This document shows, piece after piece, positions 7,642 through 14,866 of a stretch of DNA of 36,935 nucleotides; position 1 is the stretch's first letter, and each line of letters opens with the position of its first letter. The notes under the pieces are model-generated. The model was given only the letters and a program-made list of their open reading frames with translations. It was not told the origin of the DNA and did no database searches. The stretch is from a virus (lineage: Duplodnaviria > Caudoviricetes): positions 1 through 36,935 of the IMG/VR virus record IMGVR_UViG_3300028587_000018, one strand, 5' to 3'. The position numbers and the translations under genes were made by a program.

Positions 7642-8937
7642 ATGAGCGAGAAGATGACGGATGAGGATTTGGAGCACGAGTTGAGTCAGGCATTGAGTGC
7701 ATCGCGAGCCGCCAAGGTCCGCGCCCACATCGCCGCGCTGACGGCCGAGCGGAACCGGCTCGCAGAGCACGTCAAGGCGACCATCAACGGGCCGTTCGGG
7801 CCCGAGGTCGTGCTGCTGGCGGGCGGCAAGAACCTTCCGGAGTGGAAGGCGGAAGCCGACGCCCTCCGCGAGCGGGTGCAGACGCTGGAGGCGAAGGCGG
7901 TCCACTTCGAGAAAGTGGCGAAGGGCGCCGACCTGAACTGGCTCATGGAGTGTGAGCGCGCGAACGTCGCCGAGTCCTGCCTCTCCGCCATCCGCCAGCG
8001 GGCGGGGGACGTGAGCGGCTTCTTCCGCGCATCCGGAGGCGTGGGTGCTCCGGGATGGCTGGAGCGCGGGCTCGGATTCGTGCTCGGCGACGACGCTCGA
8101 CCCTCCGCCCCGCCCGAGGCGTTCACCCACGAGAAGGGGCTGGACGCTGGAGTGTTCGACGATGCGCCACTGAATCCCGACGCCACTGGGGAGGCGGACC
8201 AGCCTCTGCCGGAGGGCCCGCTTGAACCAGCCGACATGACCGACGAGGAGTCCGGACGCATCTGCGCCGATGCTGGCGTTGATGTGGAGTCCGGGGTGGC
8301 GAAGTGCCTGGAGACGGTCGCCGCGAAGCGCGCGGAGAAACCCGCACCGTTCCGTTCCGAGGACGAAGACCCGCCGCTCCTGCTGCCACAAACTCCAGCG
8401 CGCCACTACCCCACCACCTCCGAGGCGTTCGCCGCGGTGCTGGACGGCATCAGTGCTGCGGAATCCTCGCTCGGTACCTCTGAGAAGACCGAGCGTCGCC
8501 GTCGTGGCCGAGAAGCCCTCTCAATACTGGAGCGCCGCATGGGGGCGATGGCGCGGGCCGCCACGGAGGTGCTGAGCTTCTTCCCTGTGGGCACGAAGGG
8601 GCCACGGAAGTACAGCGCGGAGGCCCAGGCTCTATCGAAACTCCGCCTCGCCCTCACCGGCGCCCCGCCTGAGGATGTGGAGGAAAGGGCGCGCGACGTG
8701 TACGAGTCCGCCATCGCCCGCCGCGAGCACCAACCCGCCGCCCTGGCTCTTGCCGTTCGCGAGGCCTTGCGACTCGCGCCGAGCGGGACGGTGAGTGCGT
8801 CCGGACCGTGTGGATGCGGCCGCCCGGAGGCGTGGACGCTGGAGGAGGTGGAGCAGGTGTTTCGTCGCGAGGAACTCGGCCCTGCCACCGCACGACGCGT
8901 CAGGGAGCACCTCGCCGCTTTGCGGAGGAGGCCGTGA
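7642..8937 (+). CDS. Mosaic hypothetical protein with coiled coils and acidic linker
   Basis: GAGGGG RBS, ATG 7642 (MSEKMTDEDLEHEL), GC3-rich. Confidence 0.8.
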   Translation: MSEKMTDEDLEHELSQALSASRAAKVRAHIAALTAERNRLAEHVKATINGPFGPEVVLLAGGKNLPEWKAEADALRERVQTLEAKAVHFEKVAKGADLNWLMECERANVAESCLSAIRQRAGDVSGFFRASGGVGAPGWLERGLGFVLGDDARPSAPPEAFTHEKGLDAGVFDDAPLNPDATGEADQPLPEGPLEPADMTDEESGRICADAGVDVESGVAKCLETVAAKRAEKPAPFRSEDEDPPLLLPQTPARHYPTTSEAFAAVLDGISAAESSLGTSEKTERRRRGREALSILERRMGAMARAATEVLSFFPVGTKGPRKYSAEAQALSKLRLALTGAPPEDVEERARDVYESAIARREHQPAALALAVREALRLAPSGTVSASGPCGCGRPEAWTLEEVEQVFRREELGPATARRVREHLAALRRRP

Positions 8938-9134
8938 CGTCGTGCTGCCAGTGCGGGGCGACAGTCTCCGACTACGGTCCGAAGGGCTCTCGGACGTACT
9001 GCTCGAACACCTGCGCGAATGCTTGGGACGATGCACACCCTGAAGAGGCCGCCGCGTGGATTCGCGTGGAGAACATGACGCCGATCCAACGCGCCGAGCT
9101 CGACGCCATGCTTGGACTCGGGGCCAAGTGCTAG
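8934..9134 (+). CDS. Small zinc-finger protein
   Basis: CCQCG...YCSNTC; GTGA overlap. Confidence 0.7.
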   Translation: MTSCCQCGATVSDYGPKGSRTYCSNTCANAWDDAHPEEAAAWIRVENMTPIQRAELDAMLGLGAKC

Positions 9135-9163
9135 TTGCGTCAGGTCGCGGGCGTGGGTAGCGT
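9135..9163 (+). promoter_or_regulatory. Sigma70-like promoter TTGCGT-N17-TAGCGT driving the tRNA-like RNA
   Basis: 17-nt spacer; predicted +1 near 9170, just before the cloverleaf. Confidence 0.6.
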
Positions 9164-9171
9164 CCGAGGCG

Positions 9172-9244
9172 AAGACGTTGGCGTAGTGGTAGCGCGGGGC
9201 GGCCAATAAACGCTCAGGGGTTGGTTCGAGACCAACACGTCGGG
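9172..9244 (+). tRNA. Non-canonical tRNA-like RNA (pseudo-tRNA or tRNA mimic)
   Basis: GACGT/ACGTC acceptor, TG, D-arm GCGT-AGTGGTA-GCGC, anticodon stem GGGCG/CGCTC with 9-nt loop GCCAATAAA, variable AGGG, T-arm GTTGG-TTCGAGA-CCAAC; no CCA. Confidence 0.75.
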
Positions 9245-9245
9245 C

Positions 9246-9282
9246 GAGGGCTCGGGGCTATGCGCTCCGGGCCCTTCGTCTT
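9246..9282 (+). terminator. Intrinsic terminator after the tRNA-like RNA
   Basis: 13-bp stem GAGGGCTCGGGGC/GCTCCGGGCCCTT with G-U pairs valid on the + strand; tail TTCGTCTT. Confidence 0.65.
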
Positions 9283-9287
9283 GCGGG

Positions 9288-9563
9288 CTACTTCCTCCGC
9301 CAGCCGGGCGACGCCAGCCCGAGCAGGACGGCCACGTCCACCAGGCCGCCAGCAACCTGCGCCGCGATGGTGTGCTGGGGCAGAGAGCGGGAGGCCACGA
9401 GCGCCACCGCCACCAGCCCCGTCAGCCACGGGATGGCCTTAGGCGGGATGATTGCACCCTGGGCTGGAGAACCAGCCTCCTGCTGTGCCTTGCGCTGCTG
9501 GATGGCCTCCTCGAGGCCCTGAATGGGGACGGCGAGAGATTGGGGCTGCTTGTCGAGGTACAT
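9288..9563 (-). CDS. Holin-like small membrane protein
   Basis: AGGAGGAG RBS; two hydrophobic segments and basic C-terminus (GWRRK). Confidence 0.6.
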   Translation of the reverse strand: MYLDKQPQSLAVPIQGLEEAIQQRKAQQEAGSPAQGAIIPPKAIPWLTGLVAVALVASRSLPQHTIAAQVAGGLVDVAVLLGLASPGWRRK

Positions 9564-9594
9564 GACTCCTCCTTGTTTCGGCCCATCATGCCAC

Positions 9595-9623
9595 AAAGAC
9601 GAACGGCCCGCCGAAGCGAGCCG
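9595..9623 (-). terminator. Intrinsic terminator
   Basis: CGGCTCGC-TTCG-GCGGGCCG hairpin plus TTCGTCTTT. Confidence 0.7.
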
Positions 9624-9673
9624 CCGTCCGCGCTGGTCATGAACCCATTCGGCACATGACGACTGGGTGCGCG

Positions 9674-9943
9674 CTAATAGTTCTGGCCGAACACGCAACC
9701 CGCCACGTTCCGTCCGAACTCATCCGTCTCGTTCGCCCACTCGGCGGCGGACTTCGTCACCATCACGCCGTCATCATCGATCTTGATGGGGGCGTCATCG
9801 GGAACCGCCTCCCATTCCGTGCCGTCGTCAGGGTCCTGCCCCGTGTCCGACTTCCAGATCTCCTTGGCGTGCGCAACGTCTCGCGCGGCGTAGGTGTCGC
9901 CGCCCTCGCACTCCCTGAATAAGTGAAACGTCTCGTTGCTCAT
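9674..9943 (-). CDS. Acidic 89-aa hypothetical protein
   Basis: AAGGA RBS, ATG 9943 (MSNETF...); Asp/Glu-rich; flanked by terminators. Confidence 0.8.
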   Translation of the reverse strand: MSNETFHLFRECEGGDTYAARDVAHAKEIWKSDTGQDPDDGTEWEAVPDDAPIKIDDDGVMVTKSAAEWANETDEFGRNVAGCVFGQNY

Positions 9944-9991
9944 GTGCTTGTCCTTTCGCCGGGACCAACCGGCGCCTTCAAGATACCCCGC

Positions 9992-10026
9992 AAAGACGAA
10001 GGGCGCCACCCCGGAGGATGACGCCC
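9992..10026 (-). terminator. Intrinsic terminator of the recombination operon
   Basis: GGGCGTCATCC...GGGTGGCGCCC hairpin plus TTCGTCTTT. Confidence 0.7.
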
Positions 10027-10031
10027 CATAT

Positions 10032-10418
10032 TCATCGGCGACGCTCGCCTACACGCCCGAGCCCCCTCCAGCGCTCCTCCAGCGCGACGGCAAGCGCCCT
10101 GAGCAAGTCTCCAGGAACCTCCATGCTCGTGAGATTGTAGCTCCTCGCCAGTCGGTGAACACCGACATGGTCCACGATGGCTTGTGCTGCGGTCATGATG
10201 TCCTCGCTTTTGGTGCTCACTTTGCTCTCCTCCGCGATGCGCTCCAACAACTCCCACGCCGACGACTGTGCGTCCTTCCCGTGCTCCGAGAACTCGCGCG
10301 CCGCTCTCTCGATGGACTCAACATCCTCCTCCGCCTGTGCCAGTCGGGCGGGAATCCTCTTGCCCAGGTCCGTCTCCTTGACGGACTGAATCAGTCTTCG
10401 AATCGCCAGCGTGCTCAC
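10032..10418 (-). CDS. Hypothetical protein, possibly two fused genes
   Basis: AGGAG RBS; internal GGAGGAG plus GTG at 10220; N-half resembles 11403-11639. Confidence 0.7.
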   Translation of the reverse strand: MSTLAIRRLIQSVKETDLGKRIPARLAQAEEDVESIERAAREFSEHGKDAQSSAWELLERIAEESKVSTKSEDIMTAAQAIVDHVGVHRLARSYNLTSMEVPGDLLRALAVALEERWRGLGRVGERRR

Positions 10419-10443
10419 TTGCTGCTCCTTTCGCTCCGCGTGC

Positions 10444-11406
10444 TCATCCCTCCGCTCCCGGCTCCGGCGGCTGGGCGTCGGGATGCGAGATGGGGACCGG
10501 GCCTGCGCTCATGCCCTGCGCCGTCTGCGTGACGACTCGTTCGAATGCCTCCATCGGAACGGTCACCGCATCCTCGGGCGGAGACGCGGGCTTCTTCGCA
10601 TTGAGCTTCGCCTTGAGCCCCTCGTTGCCCGTCGTGGGCGTGGTGACGGTATGCGTCGCGTCCTCATCCACGCCCCGCGCCTCCGCCTCGATGTCGGCCG
10701 CCAACGCATCCCGGAGGCGGTCGGCCTGCTCGCTGGACGGAACGCCCAGCGTCTTGAATGCGTTCTTGACGGTGGACTTCTTCACCATCTCCGGACGGTG
10801 GGGCCCGTTCCACGGCGTGTTCCGCCCTGCAGAGGACGCAGCGATGCGCGCGATGTCGTCGGCATAGAGCATGCCCTTGATGACCCGGGTGCCGTCTGGC
10901 AGGAGAACCCGCGTGTACGCCGCGATGATGTCGCCCCGTTTGTCGTCGGCCTTCTTGGGGACGTACGGCTTGTGGTCGACGCGGGGGTCGTCGCCCTCGG
11001 TGGGCACGAAGTGGTCGCGCTCGTAGACGAGCACGGGCGTCATGTCTCTGACCACGCCCGCCGTCACCGCGAGCATCACCAACCCCTTGAACATGGGGAC
11101 GAAGGTGCACTCCTTCCCGAATGGCACCAGCGCACCATGGCCGAGGGGCCCAGCCGCCACGTCAATGCCCAACTTCGCTGCCTTCATGACGGAGAGCATC
11201 ACCGTCCCCGGGTCGCAGTTGAGCAGCGCCGGGGTTGCCGCCAGCGCGAAGCGCACGGACTCCTTGAAGCGCTCCACGGGCATGTCGCGAGGGAGGAGCA
11301 ACTCCAGCCGCGCCTCCCGCTTCGACATCTCACTCATGAGGGAGAGCATCATCTTGTCCACGGGCGTCAGACCCTTCTGCTCCGGCTTTTGAATCGCGTT
11401 ACTCAT
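10444..11406 (-). CDS. recT: RecT-family single-strand annealing recombinase
   Basis: LLNCDPGTVMLSVMKAAKLG...LVPFG...FKGL...TPW...EMVKKSTVK motifs; next to YqaJ. Confidence 0.92.
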   Translation of the reverse strand: MSNAIQKPEQKGLTPVDKMMLSLMSEMSKREARLELLLPRDMPVERFKESVRFALAATPALLNCDPGTVMLSVMKAAKLGIDVAAGPLGHGALVPFGKECTFVPMFKGLVMLAVTAGVVRDMTPVLVYERDHFVPTEGDDPRVDHKPYVPKKADDKRGDIIAAYTRVLLPDGTRVIKGMLYADDIARIAASSAGRNTPWNGPHRPEMVKKSTVKNAFKTLGVPSSEQADRLRDALAADIEAEARGVDEDATHTVTTPTTGNEGLKAKLNAKKPASPPEDAVTVPMEAFERVVTQTAQGMSAGPVPISHPDAQPPEPGAEG

Positions 11407-11639
11407 GACTGGCTGCTCCCCTTGGCGATGGCATGGAACAAAGCGCCGACCTCGGCGGCACGGCGGGCGTTAGCCGCAGAGCGGTCTTTCGTGTCGACGG
11501 TGTTGAAGAAGTGCGCCGCCTTCTCGATGGCGTCCACCTCGGTCCGCGCACCCCGGAGTATGCGGTCCACTTCCCCCAGATCATCCACCCGCGTGCGGCC
11601 GAGTCGGTCCAGCGACTCCTTGATGTGCTTCAGACTCAT
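11403..11639 (-). CDS. Hypothetical 78-aa protein
   Basis: ATGA overlaps at both ends; ARTEVDAIEKAA motif. Confidence 0.75.
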   Translation of the reverse strand: MSLKHIKESLDRLGRTRVDDLGEVDRILRGARTEVDAIEKAAHFFNTVDTKDRSAANARRAAEVGALFHAIAKGSSQS

Positions 11640-12622
11640 GGCATCCCTCTCCTCTTGTGCGGCGTGAACGGGCGACTGCCCTCCCCAGTATTCTCGGCGG
11701 CGAGCGCGGAAAGTTGCTCCGGATTCACGCCTGTTTGCTTCGCCAGCGCCTCGGCAACCCGCTTCCACGCCGTCTTGCCGGGCTGCGCCTTCCAGGACAG
11801 GGACGTGAAGCCTAGCGCCTCGGGCAGACCGCGCACGCCAGGCGCGGAGCCCAGCGCCAGCTTCGCTCGCGCCTCCCAGAGCGCGCGGCGGTCCGAAGCG
11901 GCGGACTCCTCCTGGTACGCGCGCAAGTATTCCTCGAGCGTCACCTGCGTCTCGGGCGGGAGGCTGGCGAAATCCACCGCCTTCCCATCGGAGCGGCGAA
12001 AGGCCCACCCCACGGCTTCGAGGTCTCGCGGGAGCGGCGCGTCCTCGGGGGGCTTCTTCGTCAGCACGTGGTCCACCCAGAAGCGCTCCACGCGTTCCAG
12101 CAACTCGCCGTAGAGGTCCGCGTCGTAGCGCACGCAGTAGAGGCGGAAGTCGCCGGCCACGAGCGCCGGCACGTCGCACACGTCATCCTCGACGGCACCC
12201 ACCTCCCGCCCGAATCCCAAGTAGAATTGCGCCTGGGTGATGTACTGCACCGGGATGGCGTCCGTGCCTTCATCGCCCCAGTGCCGTGCCTGCTCGCCGT
12301 TCGCCGTCTTCGCCTCGACCGGCCGCACCCCTCCGGGAGCGCGGACGCAGGCATCCAGCGAGCCCCGGAGATGAGGGCGGCTCGGGTCTCGCAACCGGAC
12401 CGTATCGACGGACCACTGCGTGAAGCCCGTCTCCTCGCGGTACCAATCCAACACCACGGGCTCCAGCCGCCGCCCGCGCGAGGTGTACGCGTTGTCCGGC
12501 TGCTGGGCGCCATGGACGATGCGAAGCCACACCGAGAGCGGCCCGGCATAGGGACTCACGCCGCAAATCGCGGCTACGTCCGACCCGCCCACCATCCGCA
12601 TCTCTGCCGCGTCGAGGCTCAT
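11636..12622 (-). CDS. yqaJ: YqaJ-like viral recombinase exonuclease
   Basis: GGSDVAAICGVSPY, RGRRLEP, GSLDA, VEAKT, YITQAQFY motifs. Confidence 0.92.
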   Translation of the reverse strand: MSLDAAEMRMVGGSDVAAICGVSPYAGPLSVWLRIVHGAQQPDNAYTSRGRRLEPVVLDWYREETGFTQWSVDTVRLRDPSRPHLRGSLDACVRAPGGVRPVEAKTANGEQARHWGDEGTDAIPVQYITQAQFYLGFGREVGAVEDDVCDVPALVAGDFRLYCVRYDADLYGELLERVERFWVDHVLTKKPPEDAPLPRDLEAVGWAFRRSDGKAVDFASLPPETQVTLEEYLRAYQEESAASDRRALWEARAKLALGSAPGVRGLPEALGFTSLSWKAQPGKTAWKRVAEALAKQTGVNPEQLSALAAENTGEGSRPFTPHKRRGMP

Positions 12623-12870
12623 GTCCGCACCGAACCAGAGAAAGACGGCTCGTACTCAACGAGGATGTCCACCGTGTGAACCGCGCCACTCGGGTCGCGG
12701 ACGGCAATGGTCATGTCGTCGGGATAGTCGCTGTCGTCGTGGATGCGGCCCGCGAACTCCTCGGCGGCCCACTCGACATTCCAGTCCTCCACCACGCTGT
12801 CGGCGCGCGGCGCCTCGCCCGGGTCTTCGTCGTTCTCCGCGTCCCAGCAGACGTAACGAATTTTGCTCAT
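12619..12870 (-). CDS. Acidic hypothetical protein
   Basis: GGAGGGG RBS; ATGA overlap with yqaJ. Confidence 0.8.
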   Translation of the reverse strand: MSKIRYVCWDAENDEDPGEAPRADSVVEDWNVEWAAEEFAGRIHDDSDYPDDMTIAVRDPSGAVHTVDILVEYEPSFSGSVRT

Positions 12871-12937
12871 GTCCCCTCCGAGTCTACGGGTCCTTCCGAC
12901 ATCACGCGCACGGGGCTCTTGAGGATGTCGGGGCCGG

Positions 12938-13465
12938 TCATGGCGACACCACCGGCCGCCACGCCCTGCACGGACACGTCACGTTGGCCTGCTCAGGAAT
13001 CTTCTTCATGCACCCCTGCTTCTTGCCGTAGTGGTGCCACCCTTCGCCGTGGCCGCACTCACACACGGGCGGCGATACCTCCTCTGCATCCCCCGCGCGC
13101 TCGTCCTGCATGGCGCGGATGCGCTCCGCCCCGGGGCTGGACTCAAACACCGAGTCCGTCATGTCCTCGCAGATGGCGGCGGCCATCTCCCGCGCCTTCT
13201 CGAAGCCCTCCCCCCGACCCTCCTCGCTGGCGATGGAGATGGCTGCGGCATAGGATTCGCCCGCATTGCTCGTAAGCACGCGTCGCACCTCCTCGCACTC
13301 GCCGGTGCACGCATCTGGCGGATGCGCTAGATGGCCTGTATGTGGATGCGTCAGCGACACGAGCGCCGCCTCCAACTCGAGGATGCGCTGCTCCAACTTC
13401 TGTCCGCTGCGGACGTAGCCCGAAAGCGCCCCATCCACCGTCGTGCTCAATTCGTCCTTGGTCAT
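12938..13465 (-). CDS. First gene of leftward early operon; Cys/His-containing hypothetical protein
   Basis: GAGGGAG RBS; CECGH...H...C...CPC C-terminal motif. Confidence 0.8.
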   Translation of the reverse strand: MTKDELSTTVDGALSGYVRSGQKLEQRILELEAALVSLTHPHTGHLAHPPDACTGECEEVRRVLTSNAGESYAAAISIASEEGRGEGFEKAREMAAAICEDMTDSVFESSPGAERIRAMQDERAGDAEEVSPPVCECGHGEGWHHYGKKQGCMKKIPEQANVTCPCRAWRPVVSP

Positions 13466-13501
13466 GTCTCCCTCTCGGCGCAGCAGGGCCGCGCGAGAAA
13501 C

Positions 13502-13550
13502 ACCATGCCTTATGCAGCCACTTGCGTCAAGGCGCCGCGTCGTGCATCAT
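13502..13550. promoter_or_regulatory. Overlapping divergent sigma70-like promoters
   Basis: Minus strand TTGACG-N17-CATGGT (13530-13502); plus strand TTGCGT-N17-CATCAT (13522-13550); the -35 boxes overlap. Confidence 0.65.
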
Positions 13551-13568
13551 CATGCAAGGAGGAAGCAC

Positions 13569-13748
13569 ATGAACGACAAGCCGAGCCTGCGACTGAAGGG
13601 CGACACCGCCGCACGCGTGGAGAGGGAGCGCCACACAACAGAGAAGGCGCTGGGGTGGGACGTCTCCACCGCCGCGATGGTGGATAAGTTGGTACGCGAG
13701 GCGCTGGATGCTCGCGAGGCCACGCGGAAGGCGAAGGTGGCGCGATGA
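13569..13748 (+). CDS. Probable ribbon-helix-helix (Arc/CopG-like) regulator
   Basis: AAGGAGG RBS; alternating strand PSLRL followed by two helices ending S...VDKLVREALDA; first gene after the switch. Confidence 0.65.
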   Translation: MNDKPSLRLKGDTAARVERERHTTEKALGWDVSTAAMVDKLVREALDAREATRKAKVAR

Positions 13749-13957
13749 GCGCGTGCAAGACGGGGTGTGGTGCCGAGCGCGAGCGCGGCCAGTGCTTCTG
13801 CGTGCCGTGCGGAGTTGCGTACGATGCCGGGCCGGAGTACCGAGAATACGTCGAGCGCTGGCTGGGCTCCGACGAGTGGAGCACGCGAGGCCCCAAGTCC
13901 GTTGAGGATTTCTGCACCCGCATCCGCGCTGAGCGCCTTGGCGGAGGCAAGGCATGA
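13745..13957 (+). CDS. Small Cys-rich protein
   Basis: CKTGC...FCVPC; ATGA overlaps. Confidence 0.75.
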   Translation: MSACKTGCGAERERGQCFCVPCGVAYDAGPEYREYVERWLGSDEWSTRGPKSVEDFCTRIRAERLGGGKA

Positions 13958-14211
13958 ACGCCGCCCCAGACCGCACCGCTGCCATGCGGCACGCGAAGGA
14001 CGAGCGGCGCAAGCGTCTCGAGCGCGCCGTGGCCGACGTCATGGAGGAGGGGCACACCATCTCCGCCACCTACCGCAACAGACGGGTCCCAGAGGCCCAA
14101 CTCCGGGAGGCGCTTGCTGCGGCGGGGTGGAAGCCCTGCCGTGTGCGCCAAACGAGCTCCCGCTCTCGCGCGAAGCAACTTCCTCCTACCCGGAGCGATA
14201 ACCAGTCATGA
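13954..14211 (+). CDS. Small basic protein, possible HTH
   Basis: GGAGG RBS; LERAVADV...TISATY...VPEAQLREAL pattern. Confidence 0.65.
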   Translation: MNAAPDRTAAMRHAKDERRKRLERAVADVMEEGHTISATYRNRRVPEAQLREALAAAGWKPCRVRQTSSRSRAKQLPPTRSDNQS

Positions 14212-14300
14212 GCAAGACAAACAGAAACTATTGCACCTTTGCGGACTGCGAGGAGCCGAAGGACAAGGCCTTGACTCCGCCTCACCCTAACGTACAGTAG
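14208..14300 (+). pseudogene. 30-aa gene stub (MSKTNRNYCTFADCEEP...)
   Basis: ATGA-coupled start, CxxxxC start as in HNH-associated Zn motifs, ends within a promoter. Confidence 0.4.
14271..14298 (+). promoter_or_regulatory. Sigma70-like promoter TTGACT-N16-TACAGT
   Basis: Close to consensus in a GC-rich genome. Confidence 0.6.
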
Positions 14301-14302
14301 CC

Positions 14303-14410
14303 ATGTCACACGCGGGCCTCTCACCTCGCGTTTCACCTTCATGACTCCAACCCCTCGGAGTCCGCCGCCCCCTTTGCGTGTGAGAGCGCGGAGCGGGGCG
14401 GTGTCGTTTC
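14303..14410 (+). promoter_or_regulatory. Structured leader with three hairpins and a 13-codon mini-ORF
   Basis: ACGCGGG/CTCGCGT, GACTCC/GGAGTC and CCGCCCC...GGGGCGG stems. Confidence 0.45.
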
Positions 14411-14608
14411 ATGGCCAAACTACACACGTATCAACCTGTGCCCGATACTGACGAACGCCATGGGCGGGGTGGTCGGGAGTGCTGCACAGCGTGCCGCACC
14501 ATTCGCGCCCCTCGCCTTGGTGGTGGCTGGGTGTATTCGACTACCGACGGCCGGTACTGGGAGCTTCGCCAGCCTAAGTGCGAGCCCCGCCGCTCCGGGG
14601 AGGGCTGA
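14411..14608 (+). CDS. Small Cys/His zinc-binding protein
   Basis: H...CTAC...C motif. Confidence 0.6.
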   Translation: MAKLHTYQPVPDTDERHGRGGRECCTACRTIRAPRLGGGWVYSTTDGRYWELRQPKCEPRRSGEG

Positions 14609-14866
14609 GATGGGGAACGTCATCAACCTCCGTGCCGAGCGCAAGCGGCGCCAGTCTGCCACCGAAGGCTGGCTTGAGGATGGCGTCACCGAACTGACCG
14701 TGCGCGCGGACGTGGAAGACGGAACGGTGATTTTCGTCTCTGACACCTCCGAGATGACGCTCGAAATCGCTATGAGTGAGGACGACGCGCGGCGCGTCAC
14801 GCGGGACCTGCACGCCGCCATCAACGTGCTCGCTGCGGCGCGGCTGAAGGAGGGCTGAGATGGGGA
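14599..14866 (+). repeat. 18-bp direct repeat GGAGGGCTGAGATGGGGA at 14599-14616 and 14849-14866
   Basis: Exact duplication of an RBS-stop-start junction flanking one gene. Confidence 0.9.
14610..14858 (+). CDS. Hypothetical 82-aa protein
   Basis: MGNVINLRAERKRR start; GGAGG RBS. Confidence 0.8.
   Translation: MGNVINLRAERKRRQSATEGWLEDGVTELTVRADVEDGTVIFVSDTSEMTLEIAMSEDDARRVTRDLHAAINVLAAARLKEG

Noticed and set aside
7229-7645. Alternative ORF MSADNSTP... coupled at both ends
   Set aside because: The overlapping 7272-7619 frame has the GC3-rich codon pattern; this frame does not
9172-9244. Functional tRNA-Ile(AAT), tRNA-Sec, or attP tRNA fragment
   Set aside because: 9-nt loop without U33, mismatched acceptor top, no TCA anticodon or long variable arm, and no integrase seen
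12896-12931. Inverted repeat CCGACATC/GATGTCGG
   Set aside because: No U-tract and no second copy; function cannot be supported
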